Shown here: positions 16,028-18,034 of the stretch, piece by piece
Layout: each line of letters begins with the position of its first letter
Numbering within the stretch: position 1 is the first letter of the stretch
Source of the DNA: Synechococcus sp.
GTDB taxonomy: Bacteria; Cyanobacteriota; Cyanobacteriia; Thermostichales; PCC-7336
DNA: 18,034 nucleotides
Direction of reading: 5' to 3'
NCBI GenBank assembly: GCA_051439605.1
Contig: JBFRWN010000108.1
Location: 1-18,034 of the forward strand
Made by a program: the position numbers and the translations under genes
Notes under the pieces: generated by a model
Database searches by the model: none
What the model was told of the DNA's origin: nothing
The model's input: only the letters and a program-made list of their open reading frames with translations

Positions 16028-16109
16028 GCGGACGTGGCGGAATTGGTAGACGCGCTAGATTTAGGCTCTAGTGGAGCAATCTGTGAGAGTTCGAGTCTCT
16101 CCGTCCGCA
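16028..16109 (+). tRNA. tRNA-Leu (anticodon UAG), CCA not encoded
   Basis: Acceptor GCGGACG/CGTCCGC with discriminator A; D arm GCGGAATTGGTAGACGC; anticodon stem CTAGA/TCTAG with loop TTTAGGC; long variable arm; T arm GAGAG-TTCGAGT-CTCTC. Confidence 0.97.
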
Positions 16110-16143
16110 TCTGTAAGTTAAGGTCAATTAATCAGTCGATTGC

Positions 16144-16171
16144 AGCAGCTATTCCCTCATAACTAGCTGCT
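16144..16171. terminator. Possible terminator hairpin between the convergent tRNA and birA
   Basis: AGCAGCTA (16144-16151) / TAGCTGCT (16164-16171) 8-bp inverted repeat; the U-tract is weak. Confidence 0.45.
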
Positions 16172-16194
16172 TAAGCACTCTGATGCTGGTGCGG

Positions 16195-16989
16195 CTATAG
16201 TTCGTAGCCTAACTGTACTTCCCCAGATTGAAAGGCGCGCATCTCACCCGCCAGATTTACCTGCAATTGACCATCCCGTGCCACCCCAACCACTGTTCCC
16301 ATGCGATCGCCAATCGTAATTGGGCAATCGCGATACACCATCAACGATATGTAGCTAGGATTCAACCCTGCCAATCCTACTTGCTTCCAAGCCTCGTAAC
16401 CCCGCTCAATACCAGCTAAAACCGCCATCGCCGCATCTTGAGCGATCGCCCGACGGTCTGGACATGCTCGTTCTCCCAAAACATCCAGCAACGAAATTCC
16501 CACCTCTGGAGTGGAATTGTAGACGTTCAAACCCACCCCAGCCACCACTGATTCCGCGTGGCCTCCCACCAGCTGAGACTGCAGCAGCACGCCCCCCAAC
16601 TTTCGGCCTACCAGCATTAAGTCATTCGGCCATTTCAGCTGCACATCCAGTGCTTGCCAAGCGCGTAACTGCAAAGCAATCCCCCAGGCAACGGCGAGCG
16701 TCAGCTCTAGTAACTCTGACGCCGCCACCTGCGGATACAGCAAAACAGAAGCATACAGCCCCCCTGGCGATGACTCCCATCTGTGGCCCCGTTGCCCTTT
16801 GCCACTCATTTGCCGAGCGGAGATTGCGGTCGTCCCCTCTGGTAGCTTTCTACCCACGCGATCGGGCCAGGTATTCTTGGCCCAGTCAGCCAATAGTCTG
16901 TTGGTTGAGTCCAACTGGCAAAATTGCAGCAAATGCCGACCGCAATATTTCGTGCGCAAACTTTCTTGGAACTGGATGGGGTTGAACAT
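16195..16989 (-). CDS. birA: Biotin--[acetyl-CoA carboxylase] ligase (class I, no HTH)
   Basis: Motifs LDSTN, QMSGKGQRGHRWES, KWPNDL, KLGGVL and GVGLN, plus a C-terminal SH3-like segment GVARDGQL. Confidence 0.95.
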   Translation of the reverse strand: MFNPIQFQESLRTKYCGRHLLQFCQLDSTNRLLADWAKNTWPDRVGRKLPEGTTAISARQMSGKGQRGHRWESSPGGLYASVLLYPQVAASELLELTLAVAWGIALQLRAWQALDVQLKWPNDLMLVGRKLGGVLLQSQLVGGHAESVVAGVGLNVYNSTPEVGISLLDVLGERACPDRRAIAQDAAMAVLAGIERGYEAWKQVGLAGLNPSYISLMVYRDCPITIGDRMGTVVGVARDGQLQVNLAGEMRAFQSGEVQLGYEL

Positions 16990-17164
16990 GGATGGAATTC
17001 AGAAACCAGCAGCCACTCTAGCCGAAAACTTGAATCTAAACATGACATCATGGCCACTCTGAATTATGCCGCCACCTTTGTGCCAGTTGACTGTTCCACA
17101 ACGATAGAACGGCAACCACAATAGAGATACGTGTGGTGTAGGACGAATCAGTCAAACCAAAGTA

Positions 17165-17647
17165 ATGCGTCGATCGGCCAATCACCAAACCTGGATGCGA
17201 CGGGCGATCGCCCTGGCTGCAAATGCAGGTGCTGCAGGAGAAGTCCCTGTTGGCGCGTTGGTGGTGGATGGTTCGGGCAACCTGCTGTCAGAGGCAGAAA
17301 ACCGGCGGGAACGGGACTGCGATCCCACCGCTCATGCAGAAATCCTTGCCCTGCGGTGGGCGGGGGAGCGCCGCCAAGATTGGCAGCTAACCGGCTGTAC
17401 TCTTTACGTCACTTTAGAACCCTGCCCTATGTGTGCCAGTGCGATCTCCCAGGCGAGAATTTCCAGATTAGTCTACGGAGCCGACGATCCCAAGGCCGGT
17501 GCCATCCGAAGCGTCCTCAATTTGCCCGCCAGTGCGGCTTCGTTTCATCAACCCGAGACCATTGGCGGAATCTTAGAAGACGACTGCCGAGAGCAACTGC
17601 TGGAATGGTTCCAGGTACTTCGTCAGGCTCCAAAAAAGCATCGATGA
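17165..17647 (+). CDS. tadA: tRNA adenosine(34) deaminase
   Basis: Motifs GEVPVGA, DPTAHAE, LYVTLEPCPMC and YGADDPKAGA. Confidence 0.94.
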   Translation: MRRSANHQTWMRRAIALAANAGAAGEVPVGALVVDGSGNLLSEAENRRERDCDPTAHAEILALRWAGERRQDWQLTGCTLYVTLEPCPMCASAISQARISRLVYGADDPKAGAIRSVLNLPASAASFHQPETIGGILEDDCREQLLEWFQVLRQAPKKHR

Positions 17648-17681
17648 TAGCTGCTGGGGTAGTTTGTCGATCGGCCCCTAC

Positions 17682-18034
17682 TCAGCTGCCCTTCACCTTG
17701 GGCTCTAAGAAGCCCCCTGCTTTGGGAACGCGACCACTCGTTTGAGGCAAAGCCACTTGCTTCGTTATGGGTTTAGCAGCAGGCACATTAGTAGCCCTGG
17801 ACTTCGGCATTCTGGGCAACGAAGTTGAGGAGGCTGGCAACACCACTTGGTTGTCATCAGCCTGCTGCGTTATCACCTCAAAAGCTTCTGGTACGCTCTC
17901 ATCTTTCACAACAGGGACCCTGACCACCTGGGCTCCTGAAAGAGCATCTTCAGCCTGCGGGACCAAAGCAGAGTCATCGTCATCGGTTTCATGGGGGGCA
18001 GCAAGTTCAGGTTCTGACTGTCTAGCAGCATCTA
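17682..18034 (-). CDS. 3' end of a CDS running off the window; acidic/Pro-rich low-complexity tail, unidentified
   Basis: The frame stays open from the window edge (DAARQSEPELAAPHETDDDDSALVPQ...) to the stop at 17682; convergent with tadA. Confidence 0.7.
   Translation of the reverse strand, partial: DAARQSEPELAAPHETDDDDSALVPQAEDALSGAQVVRVPVVKDESVPEAFEVITQQADDNQVVLPASSTSLPRMPKSRATNVPAAKPITKQVALPQTSGRVPKAGGFLEPKVKGS

Larger units (their letters stand above)
648..17211. repeat. Dispersed HIP1 octamers GCGATCGC
   Basis: Perfect copies found by eye at 648, 6668, 7852, 9600, 10291, 11853, 13150, 14691, 16303, 16442 and 17204, against roughly 0.3 expected by chance in 18 kb; many 7/8 variants also occur. 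Confidence 0.9.

Noticed and set aside
12246..16109. Genomic island integrated at tRNA-Leu carrying the reductase
   Set aside because: No integrase and no visible duplicate of the tRNA ends; the genes contain HIP1 and have host-like GC.
30..17745. Numerous overlapping or antisense ORFs in the track (e.g. 1674-2114, 1758-2228, 10262-10699, 12905-13381, 14825-15238, 16464-16985, 17131-17745, 15980-16162)
   Set aside because: They shadow well-supported genes or the tRNA and have no recognisable motifs or RBS.
1..18034. CRISPR array, IS element or prophage
   Set aside because: No regularly spaced repeats, terminal inverted repeats, transposase or phage genes seen.

Overview
Gene-dense chromosomal window from a cyanobacterium. 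The assignment rests on about 11 perfect HIP1 octamers (GCGATCGC) and the DUF1400, DUF3084 and cyanobacterial YqgF-like genes. Left part: mutM (fpg) preceded by a RidA-family gene, then a general L-amino-acid ABC transporter (AapJQMP/BztABCD type, equivalent to cyanobacterial NatFGH-BgtA) whose usual operon is broken. The ATPase is divergent, and a lower-GC gene for a small secreted 4-Cys protein sits on the opposite strand between the binding protein and the permeases. Middle: a DUF1400 protein; a minus-strand run of cyclophilin, DUF3084 (with a long open N-terminal extension), YqgF-like nuclease and an orphan PotD-like Tat lipoprotein. Right: the most unusual module, a 778-aa siroheme nitrite/sulfite reductase unlike canonical cyanobacterial Sir or NirA. 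It has Cys ligand motifs in both halves, a helical HEPN-like tail and a long, apparently structured leader, and is followed by an unrecognised 189-aa partner gene. After it come tRNA-Leu(UAG), birA, tadA and the 3' end of a low-complexity CDS. No CRISPR array, integrase or transposase was seen. All family calls come from motif recognition by eye; no database searches or folding programs were run.
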